DNA of 35,311 nt, from positions 1 to 35,311 of the IMG/VR virus record IMGVR_UViG_3300030332_001635; one strand, written 5' to 3'. Shown in pieces: positions 13,331 to 24,106 of this stretch. The notes below the pieces were generated by a model, which saw nothing but the letters and a program-made list of their open reading frames with translations, searched no databases and had not been told where the DNA came from. The position numbers and the translations under genes are program-made. Position 1 is the stretch's first letter; each line of letters begins with the position of its first letter. The DNA comes from a virus. Taxonomy: Duplodnaviria; Caudoviricetes.

Positions 13331-14798
13331 TCTCACACTCACAGACAGAGAAATATTTGAGGCACTGGCCGTAAGGATAAAGGCACAGAGCGCCCCCAGT
13401 ATGGCGCAGAAGCAACAGAAGAAGTCTAGAGCACTAAACCTCTCAAGGACACTCTTCAAAGAACAGCTCGACTTCATCAATGACGACTCAAAAAGGAAGG
13501 CTGCCATATGTAGCCGACGATCAGGGAAAAGCTACGCAGCAGGCAGATACCTCATGAAAGAGGCCCTGGAGGATGACGGCACCACATGCGTCTATGTCGC
13601 AAGGACACGAGAAGCAGCCAAGAGAATCCTGTGGTCATCCATGAAAGAAGCAAGCATCCGATTTAGGCTTGGGATTAAATTTAATAATGCGGATTTGATC
13701 GCTATCTTCCCAAATGGCTCTAAAATAATCTTTACCGGGGCAAATGATGCCAGTGATATAGATAAACTCCGTGGCGCTGCCTTCTCCCTGGCTGTTCTTG
13801 ATGAGGCTGCCTTCTTTAATATCAAGCTGAAGGAACTAGTTAATGAGGTTATAACGCCCGCACTCCTGGATAGAGACGGAGCACTGGTTATGATCTCCAC
13901 CCCAAATAGCGCATGCCATGGGTTCTTCTATGATCTTACCGAGAAAGGGACCTATAATTTCTCAGTTCACAAATGGACAATCAAAAACAACCCCCACATG
14001 AGACATGCGGTCGCTGCCATCGAGCAGGACATTAAGAATGGGATCTTGGACCCCAGCGATCCCTCCTACAAACGCGAATATCTTGGTCTTTGGGTCAGAG
14101 ACGATCAGGAAATCGTGTATAATTATACTCAAAACAATCTGTTTGAGGAACGACCCTACAGCGATAAATGGGAATTCACCCTGGGAATTGACCTTGGTTA
14201 TCATGATGCAACCGCCTTCGTTGTTACTGCGTGGACTCCTGACTACCCATGTCTTTATATCATTGACGAGTATAAACAAAATCGGATGCTTACGTCCGAT
14301 GTCGAGGACAAAATAAGAAGATTTATGGGGGACTATAAATTCACGTCTATAGTCATGGACTCCGGCGGCGGATCATCAAAGATGCTACTGGAAACGTTCA
14401 AGCAGAGATCTAACATCCCTGTCCAGGCTGCTAAGAAGTCAGGAGATAAGGTTGGGATGATTAAGATCATGAACTCAGACCTTAAACTCTGCAACATCAA
14501 GGTGAAGAGAGGACTCGAGCTGCTCGAGGAATGGGATAAGCTACAATACAATAAGGCAGGCACTGCCGAAGACAGACGGTTCGAGAACCACTTATCTGAC
14601 GCTGCCCTATATGCATGGCAAGAGTCTAGACACTATCTATTTGAAGAGGCGGAATCAGTCCCTATACCGGGCTCTCCAGCCTACTTTAGGCAACTTGAGG
14701 ATGACATGGAGCAAAAACTGCTTGAGGAGCAAGATAAAACCTTGTATGATCCTGATGTATGGGGTGATGGGTATTCTGATGCCGATCTCTTCAACTAG
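13317..14798 (+). CDS. terL: Terminase large subunit
   Basis: Walker A SRRSGKS, Walker B LAVLDEAA, ISTP coupling motif, RNase H-like GIDLG..D and H..DA..Y. AGGAGG RBS before ATG 13317. Confidence 0.95.
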   Translation: MALPDLTLTDREIFEALAVRIKAQSAPSMAQKQQKKSRALNLSRTLFKEQLDFINDDSKRKAAICSRRSGKSYAAGRYLMKEALEDDGTTCVYVARTREAAKRILWSSMKEASIRFRLGIKFNNADLIAIFPNGSKIIFTGANDASDIDKLRGAAFSLAVLDEAAFFNIKLKELVNEVITPALLDRDGALVMISTPNSACHGFFYDLTEKGTYNFSVHKWTIKNNPHMRHAVAAIEQDIKNGILDPSDPSYKREYLGLWVRDDQEIVYNYTQNNLFEERPYSDKWEFTLGIDLGYHDATAFVVTAWTPDYPCLYIIDEYKQNRMLTSDVEDKIRRFMGDYKFTSIVMDSGGGSSKMLLETFKQRSNIPVQAAKKSGDKVGMIKIMNSDLKLCNIKVKRGLELLEEWDKLQYNKAGTAEDRRFENHLSDAALYAWQESRHYLFEEAESVPIPGSPAYFRQLEDDMEQKLLEEQDKTLYDPDVWGDGYSDADLFN

Positions 14799-14806
14799 GA
14801 GCACTC

Positions 14807-15103
14807 ATGGATGAATTAAAGCAAAGAGACATGGGTGCCGGTCCAAGCACCAAGCGCCTTAAAGCAATGTTGAAGCTCATGACCGAGTTTGGAGTCATTA
14901 AGTATAAAGACGATGAAGTCGAAATACAGATGACGCCTCAAGAACAAGCGAGACAGAGAGCCATGCCTTCAGGATTTAGCATCGACCGCTATGAACCAGA
15001 AGCAGGTGTTCTTGATAATGACGATAGCTCACCAAGCCCTGCCATCAGGGATGACCTTGGCTATACAGATGATGACTACCTCTGGCGGAGTGCTGAGACA
15101 TGA
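14807..15103 (+). CDS. Hypothetical protein between TerL and portal
   Basis: AGGAG RBS. ATGA overlap with the portal gene. Confidence 0.7.
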   Translation: MDELKQRDMGAGPSTKRLKAMLKLMTEFGVIKYKDDEVEIQMTPQEQARQRAMPSGFSIDRYEPEAGVLDNDDSSPSPAIRDDLGYTDDDYLWRSAET

Positions 15104-17082
15104 GTTACGGAATATACGGCGATAGCTTTTGGTGGCAGATGGAGCAAGATCCCCATGGTGCCATTGATAAGTTTATCAGGGTGTTAAGAGGCGAGCAGGA
15201 TAGCTACTACCTAGATATGGCTACCTATATGGGGCTCTACAATGGGCGACCCATTGACTCAAGATACTCAAGCGGATCTTCGCATTACGCATTAATGCGA
15301 CAGCCAAGACTCACGTTCAATATCATTCACTCCCTCTGCCAAGCAGCTACATCAAAGATAGCCAAACATAAGCCTGCCGTTAGCTTTCTCACCGAAGGTG
15401 GCACATACTCCCAAAAGCGTAAATCCAAGCTTTTTGGTAAGCTTATCCAGGGCCAGTTCTACTCTATGAGGCTTTACCCCATAGCGCAGAAGGCCTTTCT
15501 TGATGCATGCATCACCGGCACAGGGGTTATAAAGTATTACAACGAATTTGGTAAGATACTGGCAGAGAGGGTCTCGGCAAATGAGATCACCCTAGACCCA
15601 ACGGAAGCCGAGTATGGCGCAACTCCACGCCAGCTTTTCCAGACAAAGAGAGTATCTAGACATGTGCTTGCTGAAATGTATCCGGAAAAGAAAGATCAAA
15701 TCATGGAAGCTGAGGAACATAAAGAGAAAGACTTCTCAGCGGATCAAAGACATAGCGACATGGTTGAATGCCATGAGGCATGGCACCTCCCCAGCGGCCC
15801 AGACGCCAAAGATGGGCGTCATATCATTTGCATCTCAAGCGCCACTCTGGTTGATGAGCCATGGGAAAAAGACTATTTTCCTTTTACGTTCATAAGGTGG
15901 ACTGAAGACCCTATGAACTTTTGGGGCAACGGCCTTGCGAAAGAAATTAAGGGGATCCAAGTTGAGATCAACAAGCTCTTGGCACGTATCCAGGAGCAAA
16001 TGCACCTAGCAACGCCAAAAGTATTCATCGAAGATACGTCAAAGATAGTTACGTCTCATCTTAACAATAGAGTCTTCGGGGCTATCAAGTATAGAGGCAC
16101 ACCCCCTCAGTTCTTTGTTCCTCGAGCTGTCTCCGGAGAAATGTTCGCTCACCTGGACAGGCTGGTCGAGCGTGCTTATGAGATGACAGGAATTTCTCAA
16201 TTAGCTGCACAGAGCAAGAAGCCAGTGGGCCTAGAGTCTGGTAGAGCGCTGAGAGAGTTTTCCGATATTGAGTCAGAGCGATTTATGGTCGTTGGTCAGG
16301 CATATGAGCAGATGTTCCTGGATGCCACTGAGCAGATAATTGACCTTATTAGAGATGCTCATATCGATGGAGATCCCTACACTGTAGCAAGCTTTGATAA
16401 GAAGAGCGGCCTAGAGAAAGTTAAGTGGGCCGACATTAGCCTTGAGGATGATGAATTTGTTATCCAGGTTAAGCCTATTGGGTCTCTGCCTCAGACGCCA
16501 TCAGCGAAGCTAGCATCTGTTAATGAGATGATGTTGAATGGCTTATTCTCAAAAGAAGAAGCGCATAGGCTTTTAGACTTCCCGGACCTTGAAAAGGCCA
16601 ATAGCCTTAAGACGGCATATATTGAAATAATCGATAAGGTGATAGAGGAGATCGTTGAAAATGGGAGATATACTGCTCCCGAAATCTACATGAATCTCGA
16701 ATTCGGAATCACAAGAGTACAGCAGGCTTATACGCTAGCTGTCCTTGATGACGTTCCCCACCCGAAGCTTGAGCTTATGCGCCGATGGATGTCTCAAGCG
16801 AACGAATTGCTAGTTCAGAGGAAGGCACCAGAACCGGCCCCTACCCCTGGCGCGGCCATGGGACTTCCCCCTGATCTAGCAGGGGGCATGCCTCCAGGTA
16901 TGCCTATTGCAGCACCAATGGGTCTGCCGCCAGGCATTGCTCCTGGTATGCCTCCCGGAGGATCTCCTGCCCCTCCTGGGGGGCTACCGCCTGACTTAGC
17001 CATGGGGCCATCACCCGGATCACCCGTGGAGGCAGGGGAGCCTCCTCCGATACCACCTGAATTATTAGCACAACTGTCATAA
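15100..17082 (+). CDS. Portal protein (podovirus/P22-like) with Pro/Gly/Met-rich tail
   Basis: 660 aa after TerL. Motifs D...TGTG, FWGNGLA...IQ.EINK and SGRALR typical of portals. Confidence 0.85.
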   Translation: MSYGIYGDSFWWQMEQDPHGAIDKFIRVLRGEQDSYYLDMATYMGLYNGRPIDSRYSSGSSHYALMRQPRLTFNIIHSLCQAATSKIAKHKPAVSFLTEGGTYSQKRKSKLFGKLIQGQFYSMRLYPIAQKAFLDACITGTGVIKYYNEFGKILAERVSANEITLDPTEAEYGATPRQLFQTKRVSRHVLAEMYPEKKDQIMEAEEHKEKDFSADQRHSDMVECHEAWHLPSGPDAKDGRHIICISSATLVDEPWEKDYFPFTFIRWTEDPMNFWGNGLAKEIKGIQVEINKLLARIQEQMHLATPKVFIEDTSKIVTSHLNNRVFGAIKYRGTPPQFFVPRAVSGEMFAHLDRLVERAYEMTGISQLAAQSKKPVGLESGRALREFSDIESERFMVVGQAYEQMFLDATEQIIDLIRDAHIDGDPYTVASFDKKSGLEKVKWADISLEDDEFVIQVKPIGSLPQTPSAKLASVNEMMLNGLFSKEEAHRLLDFPDLEKANSLKTAYIEIIDKVIEEIVENGRYTAPEIYMNLEFGITRVQQAYTLAVLDDVPHPKLELMRRWMSQANELLVQRKAPEPAPTPGAAMGLPPDLAGGMPPGMPIAAPMGLPPGIAPGMPPGGSPAPPGGLPPDLAMGPSPGSPVEAGEPPPIPPELLAQLS

Positions 17083-17094
17083 TGGAGCATTTTA

Positions 17095-17985
17095 ATGAGT
17101 GAAGAAGCACAAGCAGAATCAGTACCTTCAGCAGAACCGGCCCCGGCGGAGAGTTCGCCTGAGCAAGAGTCAGCACCTCAGGCCTATAATATTTTCTCTG
17201 ATAAGCCTTCCGAGGTGGTGACTGCGGAAGAGCCTAAGCCTGTTGAGGAGCCTAAGAAGAGTAAGCAATTTCTTGAGAACCTTAGGCAGGACAAAGAGGT
17301 CAGAAGGCAGAAGATTGCTCTGAAGGAGCGGCAGGTCGCGCTTGATGCGAGGGAGAAAGAAGTCCAGGCGATGGTACAGATGAAGGAGAAGATGAATGAA
17401 GATCCATCTGAGTTCCTTCGCGCCCAAGGTATCGATCCGATTGAGTACTACAGAAAATGGACTGAGCAAATTATCAGTGAGGATGCAGGTCCAACCGTTG
17501 AATCAAAGATCTCGAATACACAAAAAGAGCTAAATGAGCTAAAGCAGAAGATAGCAGAGAAGGAAAATGCGGAAGCGGAGTCAAGAAGAAACGCTTCTCA
17601 GTCTGCTGCTTATAACTCCCTGTGTGGCAGTATAGAAAAATATGCTACCAGTGTAGAGGGTTATGGTGCTATAAAAGAAACATGCACTGCTAAAGATGTT
17701 GCGAATGGAATGATCCAGCACTATCGACAGACAGGCGAAGAAATGACAGTCGAAGAAGCATTTGAAAAGATTGAAGCCGGACTCCGGGAGCGTGAAGAGA
17801 GTTTTTACTCAGATCCTAAGGTTCTAAGTAAGCTCCAAAAGTATAACCCTGAAGCATTTAGAACAGCGAAAGGCCCGCAAGCAACACTATCGGCCAAATG
17901 GAAGGAACAACCAACGAGAAAAGACCCCGATGAGATGTCCTATGAAGAAATCAGGGACCATTGGAAGGGTAAACTCTTCACGTAA
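17095..17985 (+). CDS. Capsid scaffolding protein
   Basis: Acidic coiled-coil protein with a P/E-rich N-terminus, between portal and MCP. Confidence 0.75.
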   Translation: MSEEAQAESVPSAEPAPAESSPEQESAPQAYNIFSDKPSEVVTAEEPKPVEEPKKSKQFLENLRQDKEVRRQKIALKERQVALDAREKEVQAMVQMKEKMNEDPSEFLRAQGIDPIEYYRKWTEQIISEDAGPTVESKISNTQKELNELKQKIAEKENAEAESRRNASQSAAYNSLCGSIEKYATSVEGYGAIKETCTAKDVANGMIQHYRQTGEEMTVEEAFEKIEAGLREREESFYSDPKVLSKLQKYNPEAFRTAKGPQATLSAKWKEQPTRKDPDEMSYEEIRDHWKGKLFT

Positions 17986-18003
17986 TTACAAAAGGAGGAA
18001 GCT

Positions 18004-19257
18004 ATGGCTTCTTTTAATCTAACAAACTTCGATGCGGCCATGAAGCACATGTACCCGTTTAAGAAGGTCGAGAACATGGTTTACAAGAGCAATCCCTTGT
18101 TAGCTATGATCCCCAAGGACACTAGTTTTCCTGGTCGAAATGCAACATATGCAGTCGAGTATGGGCTAACCACTGGTCGTAGTGCTGATTTTCAGACAGC
18201 TCAAAACAACCGAGGCGGAACAAAGATTGAAGACTTTGTTGTTACTCGCGTAAAGGATTACGCAGTAGTTAGCGTTGACAACGAGACCCTGCTTGCCGCT
18301 GATGGCAGTGAGGGCTCATTGCTTGATGTTGCTAAATCAAAGACTGACTCAGCCCTCCATGCGCTTTCTCGCACGATGGGTCGAGACATTTACCGTAGTG
18401 GTACAGGCTCAATCATGAAGCTTGCTGCCAGTGGTGCTGTCTCTGGAAGCGTCGTTACTCCATTGGCTGGGGGAACGATTCAGGTTGAGGTTGGGATGCG
18501 TCTGAAGGGAAGCGCCACTGATGGCTCTGCTCTTTATGATGGCGTTTTAACTGTTGAAAGTGTTGACCGTAAGGCCAATACCTTCGCAACAACAGTTGCA
18601 CCCGGAACTGCAATGGCATCATTAGGAAATGATGACTTCTTGTATGTCGAAGGCGATGCTAAAAATGATGGCTCCAACATTAAGATGGCGGGCCTTGACT
18701 CTTGGCTGCCCTCATCGATTGCCTCTTCTGGCGATTCTCATTTCGGTGTTAACCGTTATATAGATTCATCCCGTCTTGGTGGTCAACGTCAGGATTTTGC
18801 CGACTCCTCCATTCAGGACACTCTCATCCAGGCCGCTGTATTGGTGGCGCGTGAGGGTGGGCGTCCTGATGCGGTATTTATAAACCCATCTGATTGGGCT
18901 GAATTAGCGGTTGATCTTGAGGGTCGTGCTCTTGCTAATCAGGCTTATAATCGTCGTCGTTTTGAAAATGGTGATGATATGGCTCAGTTTGGATTTGCAA
19001 CTCTTCAGCTTGCCACACCTGCGGGCATGGTTGATATTGTTGCTGACCACAACTGCCCGGAAAATGTTTGCTACATGCTTCAGCTTAACACCTGGAAGTT
19101 TAAGTCTCTTGGACAGGCGCCTCGCCTTCTTGACTTTGATGGCCTTAAGGGGATCAGACAAAGCAATGAAGACGGTGTTGAGTACCGATGGGGCTATTAT
19201 GGAAACCTTCTTTGTACTGCGCCAGGCTTTAACTGCCGCATTGCATTGTCATCATAA
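18004..19257 (+). CDS. Major capsid protein (HK97 fold)
   Basis: 417 aa with a strong AAGGAGGA RBS, following the scaffold. C-terminal YRWGYYGNLLC..PGFN motif. Confidence 0.85.
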   Translation: MASFNLTNFDAAMKHMYPFKKVENMVYKSNPLLAMIPKDTSFPGRNATYAVEYGLTTGRSADFQTAQNNRGGTKIEDFVVTRVKDYAVVSVDNETLLAADGSEGSLLDVAKSKTDSALHALSRTMGRDIYRSGTGSIMKLAASGAVSGSVVTPLAGGTIQVEVGMRLKGSATDGSALYDGVLTVESVDRKANTFATTVAPGTAMASLGNDDFLYVEGDAKNDGSNIKMAGLDSWLPSSIASSGDSHFGVNRYIDSSRLGGQRQDFADSSIQDTLIQAAVLVAREGGRPDAVFINPSDWAELAVDLEGRALANQAYNRRRFENGDDMAQFGFATLQLATPAGMVDIVADHNCPENVCYMLQLNTWKFKSLGQAPRLLDFDGLKGIRQSNEDGVEYRWGYYGNLLCTAPGFNCRIALSS

Positions 19258-19268
19258 GGAGATAAGTT

Positions 19269-19613
19269 ATGGGCTTTCCTAATATGAGTTCTGAAAGCGA
19301 CAATATTGAAATTGTTGCCGGTCATATTGCTGCTGATGGTTCTATTACCGCTGGTAAGGGATTTTCAGTTGTACTGTCAGACACAAGTCTCTACACGATC
19401 CATTTGGACCGTGAGTACAATGGCTTGATTTCAGCAGTGGCAACACCGCTTCATGCAGATGGTGATATTCATGCCACCATTGAGGCCATTAGTTCTTTCC
19501 CGGCAGATGCGCCGGGGGCAACAATTGGCTTTAACCTCTATGATAGTGATGGAACAACTAAGCAAGCTGGTATTTTTTGCTTTGTTCTCGTCCTTACTAG
19601 AGGCGACGCATAA
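19269..19613 (+). CDS. Small virion protein (capsid decoration/fibre-like)
   Basis: AAGGAG RBS, beta-rich composition. Lies after the MCP and before the terminator. Confidence 0.6.
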   Translation: MGFPNMSSESDNIEIVAGHIAADGSITAGKGFSVVLSDTSLYTIHLDREYNGLISAVATPLHADGDIHATIEAISSFPADAPGATIGFNLYDSDGTTKQAGIFCFVLVLTRGDA

Positions 19614-19620
19614 CAATCAT

Positions 19621-19650
19621 GAGGGTCGGGGGCTTCGGCCCCCTTCCTCT
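19621..19650 (+). terminator. Hairpin terminator/attenuator after the capsid genes
   Basis: GGGGGC-TTCG-GCCCCC (cUUCGg tetraloop) followed by a weak TTCCTCT tail. Confidence 0.65.
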
Positions 19651-19665
19651 AGCGGAGGCGATTCA

Positions 19666-19908
19666 ATGAAAGGTCCATCTATCGCTTTGATTCTTGGTGG
19701 TGCTAAATCAATAAAGCACTCAAAGGAAGAAGGGCACGATGATTACAAGGATGCCTTTGATGATGCCGCTCAGGAATGCCTTAGTGCAGTTAAGGATGGC
19801 GATGATGCAAGATTTGCAGACTCCCTGAAGGATTGCATTGAGATATGTCTTGAGGCTCGTGAGGGTAATCCTGGCAAGCAGGATGATGATGACGGTGAGG
19901 GCTACTAA
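19666..19908 (+). CDS. Small acidic protein (80 aa)
   Basis: GGAGG RBS before ATG 19666 (MKGPSIALILGG...). TAATG overlap with the next gene. Confidence 0.65.
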   Translation: MKGPSIALILGGAKSIKHSKEEGHDDYKDAFDDAAQECLSAVKDGDDARFADSLKDCIEICLEAREGNPGKQDDDDGEGY

Positions 19909-20600
19909 TGTCTACCTTGTTAGAGTTAAGGACTAGGGCTCGTAGGATCGCTGATGCGGTGGGGAATAACTTCTTCGCTGATGCAGAGATTAATGATTAC
20001 ATCAATACGGGCTTAGGTGAATTGCATGATATCCTGGTCTTAAAGTTCGAGGATTATTATGTTAGTTCTGCCTCCTTTTCTCTGGCAAGCGGGACGAGTA
20101 CCTACTCGTTTTCAACTATAGGGATTACTGATCTCTACAAGGTGCTAGGCGTCGATATCACCCAGGGATCTGACACTGTTCGGATTCCAAGGTATTCGTT
20201 CAGTGAGAGAAACGCCTTCGCCTCTGATGAGTCAGTATACAACAACAGGGGATTCCCTCTTTATAAATACAATCTCAATGCAAAAGACATTGTATTTATG
20301 CCTGAGCCGACTTCGACAGATACGGTGAAGGTGTGGTATGTTCCATCATATACAAAGCTAAGAACTGACGAAGCAGAAGTGGATGATAGAATTGCCCTTA
20401 ACTGGGAAGAGTACGCAGTTTACTCAGCAGCTATCAAAATGAGACACAAGGAAGAGACCTCAACAACTTCACTTGAGCGCGAGCTAGATCGACTTAAAGA
20501 GAGAATCGAAGAAGCATCAAGCAATAGGGATGCGGGCGAACCAATAGGTATTGTGGATGATTCCGTTGGTGTGCTGCCTGGCCATTGGAGATACGCGTAG
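19908..20600 (+). CDS. Head-tail adaptor (tail tubular protein A / gp4-like)
   Basis: TLLELRTRARR.AD...EINDYIN..L.EL N-terminal helices and a P.P...VKVWYVP motif. Confidence 0.75.
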   Translation: MSTLLELRTRARRIADAVGNNFFADAEINDYINTGLGELHDILVLKFEDYYVSSASFSLASGTSTYSFSTIGITDLYKVLGVDITQGSDTVRIPRYSFSERNAFASDESVYNNRGFPLYKYNLNAKDIVFMPEPTSTDTVKVWYVPSYTKLRTDEAEVDDRIALNWEEYAVYSAAIKMRHKEETSTTSLERELDRLKERIEEASSNRDAGEPIGIVDDSVGVLPGHWRYA

Positions 20601-20609
20601 GGAGGACTC

Positions 20610-20924
20610 ATGGCTTTGCCTAAATATGAGGCTTACAATGTGTCAGACCCTAATCTGACCAAGATTCAATATAAGCTCCAAGAAGCCCTTGGTCCGATTT
20701 TCTCTGTAGATCTCCTGGACGGCAACCTGATCACAGATGTCGATCTTACAACCTCAGCATCAGTCATTGCCCATAAGCTCGGGAGAGAATCCAAGGGCTA
20801 TATCGTAGTGAAGAGAAGTGCCAATGCCGTCGTGTATGATAATGAATCAACAAATACGAGCAAGGCTAGCTTCATTAAACTAATAGCTTCCGCAAGCGTA
20901 ACCATAGATGTTTGGGTGTTTTAA
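20610..20924 (+). CDS. Small virion/tail protein
   Basis: GGAGGA RBS. I.HKLGR...GYIVV motif. Lies between adaptor and nozzle. Confidence 0.6.
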   Translation: MALPKYEAYNVSDPNLTKIQYKLQEALGPIFSVDLLDGNLITDVDLTTSASVIAHKLGRESKGYIVVKRSANAVVYDNESTNTSKASFIKLIASASVTIDVWVF

Positions 20925-23900
20925 TGGCTCTTCAGAAAAAAATAGCGAATATACCATTCAGCAAAGGCATCCAAACGAAGAAGACCGATGTTACATTGGA
21001 GCCGGGAGAGCTTGAGGTCTTAGAGAATGCTATATTCAATAAGCATGGCGAGATAGAAAAGCGAAAGGGTTACACTGAAACCCAGTTCGAATACCCGGCC
21101 GGGGCTGGCACCCACTTCTTTGAAGGATCGTTCCAGTACAAGGGTGCTTATTATGGACTAGAGGCCAGCGGGCATACATGGAGAATTAATCCAGCGTCTC
21201 CCTCAACGAAGAGTCGCCTACAGTCAAAGTGGAGCCCTTTATCTACAGAGGTATTTCCGTTATCACCTCATGATTTCTCTGGCTCTTCTACGTATAATTT
21301 TGTTTATTTCTCTAGTCCAGAGATAGCAATTAGCACAGATGACTCGCTTATATGCATTGCGTCTGCGGTGTTGGTCAGAGAGGGATCGTCAAGCACCGGC
21401 GGCATCGGTTATTCCGTTAACCTCATTGATGCATCTAATATGTCTATACTGAAAACTACTTTCGGGCTATCAGGATCGACATTCGCTAAGACCACTTTCT
21501 ACGGACGCATTAAGCCAGTCGCGATTAGTGCAACACAGTTTGCTGTGTACTACGAGTACAATAAGGAAGGTGCAGATGGTGGTGCAGCAGATGAGCTAAA
21601 CAGAACAATATTCGGCCCTGATAACGATGGGGCAATTGCGTCAAGCTCTGATAGCTTAGTGGCCCTTGTGTCGGATAACTATCTGGAGCATAAGGATCAA
21701 TGTTCTTTTGATGTCGTTGAGTCCTTTACGGCAAATTGCGCTTATGTTGGGTATTACCGGCACGACTCAACGTATAGCGTTCGGATCGTTAAGGATACAT
21801 CAATAACAGATAATGTAGCCTCTCCGTCCCTGACGGGCACCCTGGACACAAGCACTGGCCTTGGCGCTACTGCTCCTCCGGATACCCTTCTTACGTATGC
21901 CCATCTTGCCATGGGTAAGTCTTCGATTGAAGCTGATAAGATCTATATCGGATTCATCACCCCGGGTGTCCCGCATACTATCCGAGTTCATAACTTCACC
22001 GAAGGCGGATCGCTGTCTAGCGCGATAACAAAAACAAGCACAGATACAGAGGCATCATTTAAGCTTCTTTATTTTGTTGATAACAAGGAGGACCCCACAG
22101 TAACGTCTAGTATTGAAACTGTTGATCTCGTTTATAACTCCTATGGTACTGGGGCTTCAGATGGGGAAGTGACCTACAGGATACCCATAAAGACACCTAG
22201 CTCGCTTGCGTTCCATGATGACCCTCAAGAGATAAACAAGGGGTTTGCCGGGTCAGGAGCATTCCAGTTCACATTTGGCAAGAATAACCACAAGACGACA
22301 ATCTTCCCAAACCTAGAAAACAGGGAGGTCTACCCCAGAGGGATTGAGACCCTCAATTACTTCGATCAAGATGGGAACCTGGTCGGTACATCGCTAACCG
22401 CAAACATAGGCAGCACATTTAACGGCCATCCCGGAAGAGCAGTTAGAGCCTCTGACGGTGGCAGTGCCTATGGTGTCATGTCTACGCTTGGTCCGCCTCA
22501 GTCAATTAACGATGCCGCCGGTTTTCAGTTTGTTACCGTTCCAACCATTGTGAAGTATTCGTTTGATGCTGTCCCCACGTATGGGGTCAGAAGGGCGGAG
22601 ATCGGTAAAAACATCTATTGGACTGCTGGAAATGCTCTGTTTCGGGACTCCTTTGACCTCTACCAGGATATTGTTGGCAAGCCAAAGCCATACATAAAGA
22701 CCTTAACGGCGTCTGATGGGGGCATTGCTGGAGGACTGGATAGCAGCAAAACATATAAGTATAAGGTCGTATTCGAGCAGGAGGATAGCCAGGGGAATCT
22801 CTATCAATCCGAGCCGTCCGATTCCAAGTCAGTAGCGACTGGTTCCTCCGATGATACTGTAACGATCGTCGTCAATAGTGCCTCCCAGAAAATCGCAGGA
22901 GGAAAGTATAGGATCCTAGTGTATCGGACCGAGGGTGATGGGAATCTATACTATGCGGCTGGAAATATAAGAGGGCAGCACTCGACGTTTACTCAGACGC
23001 TTGTGGACCAGGCAGAGGATGATGATGTTCTCTCGTCTGCTGCGCTCTATACTGACTCTGGCGAGGTCGCCAATACAAGGTGCCCAGCATGTTTCTATGT
23101 GGCAGCTCATCGAAATAGGCTCTTTATCATCAGTGAAGATTATCGAATATTTTTCAGTAAAGAGTATAGGAATGGGCACGGCACCAACTTCAATGATACG
23201 TTCTTTGTCCCCCTGGATGGCATTCTTGATGACAAGCCAACCGCCCTTGGAAGCTCGGGGGAGACTCTTTATATCTTTAGAGAGAATTCCATATGGGCTT
23301 TGGATGGTGATGGTCCATCTAGGACTGGATCTGGAAGCTACTATACTCCGAGGATAGTGAGCAATAGCATGGGTGCTCTTCGCGGGAGCCCAACTCTTTA
23401 TTCTGATATAGGGCTATTCTTTCAAAACGCAAAGGGCATACACGCGATTACCGGGAGTGGTATTAAGTATATAGGTGCTCCGGTTGAGAGCACTCTTGGC
23501 TCGTCTAGAGTCTTAGATATGATCCAAGATCAAGCCACTTCAACGATAAGATTCCTCCTAAACACAAGCGTCCTTGTTTATAATTATGAATTTGATCAAT
23601 GGAGTCACTTCACGTTCTCTACCCTTGGCTCTGATCGGTTTGTGGGGATGGGGAATAATGACGGAGAGATAATGCTTGTCACTGACTCCAATAAATTTTG
23701 GAAGGAGTCAGGTTATAAGTTAGATACGACCTATCTGGTTACGAAGCTAAAGACGGGATGGATTTCTCTTAACGGGATTCAGGGATTTGCTCGTGCTTAT
23801 CGGTTTTCTCTTTTAGGAAAAAGCAAAGATAAGCATGTTCTGACTGTGAAGGTCTACTATGACTATGACGACAGTGCGGCTATAGACACGTATACGTTTA

Positions 23901-24106
23901 CGACTGACTCTGCTACAGATGCGCTTCTTCAGTTTCGAGCGCACCTATCCAAGCAAAAATGTGAAGCTATAAAATTTGAGATTTACGATGCTGATAACTC
24001 ATCCGCAACTGGTGATGGGTTTGTCATCGAGAACATTGCTCTAGAGGTAGGATCGAAACGTGGTATCTTTAGAACGTCAGAAACCAATACGATAGGGAGT
24101 GCGTGA
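20924..24106 (+). CDS. Tail nozzle / tail tubular protein B (DNA stabilisation, beta-propeller)
   Basis: N-terminal LEN..FNK.G.I.KRKG, HRNRLF and YNYEFDQWS motifs, ~1060 aa. TAATG coupling gives a start at 20924. Confidence 0.75.
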   Translation: MALQKKIANIPFSKGIQTKKTDVTLEPGELEVLENAIFNKHGEIEKRKGYTETQFEYPAGAGTHFFEGSFQYKGAYYGLEASGHTWRINPASPSTKSRLQSKWSPLSTEVFPLSPHDFSGSSTYNFVYFSSPEIAISTDDSLICIASAVLVREGSSSTGGIGYSVNLIDASNMSILKTTFGLSGSTFAKTTFYGRIKPVAISATQFAVYYEYNKEGADGGAADELNRTIFGPDNDGAIASSSDSLVALVSDNYLEHKDQCSFDVVESFTANCAYVGYYRHDSTYSVRIVKDTSITDNVASPSLTGTLDTSTGLGATAPPDTLLTYAHLAMGKSSIEADKIYIGFITPGVPHTIRVHNFTEGGSLSSAITKTSTDTEASFKLLYFVDNKEDPTVTSSIETVDLVYNSYGTGASDGEVTYRIPIKTPSSLAFHDDPQEINKGFAGSGAFQFTFGKNNHKTTIFPNLENREVYPRGIETLNYFDQDGNLVGTSLTANIGSTFNGHPGRAVRASDGGSAYGVMSTLGPPQSINDAAGFQFVTVPTIVKYSFDAVPTYGVRRAEIGKNIYWTAGNALFRDSFDLYQDIVGKPKPYIKTLTASDGGIAGGLDSSKTYKYKVVFEQEDSQGNLYQSEPSDSKSVATGSSDDTVTIVVNSASQKIAGGKYRILVYRTEGDGNLYYAAGNIRGQHSTFTQTLVDQAEDDDVLSSAALYTDSGEVANTRCPACFYVAAHRNRLFIISEDYRIFFSKEYRNGHGTNFNDTFFVPLDGILDDKPTALGSSGETLYIFRENSIWALDGDGPSRTGSGSYYTPRIVSNSMGALRGSPTLYSDIGLFFQNAKGIHAITGSGIKYIGAPVESTLGSSRVLDMIQDQATSTIRFLLNTSVLVYNYEFDQWSHFTFSTLGSDRFVGMGNNDGEIMLVTDSNKFWKESGYKLDTTYLVTKLKTGWISLNGIQGFARAYRFSLLGKSKDKHVLTVKVYYDYDDSAAIDTYTFTTDSATDALLQFRAHLSKQKCEAIKFEIYDADNSSATGDGFVIENIALEVGSKRGIFRTSETNTIGSA

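Noticed and set aside
16820-17080. Pro/Gly/Met repeats as a separate repeat system
   Set aside because: This is the low-complexity C-terminal tail of the portal, common in podovirus-type portals.
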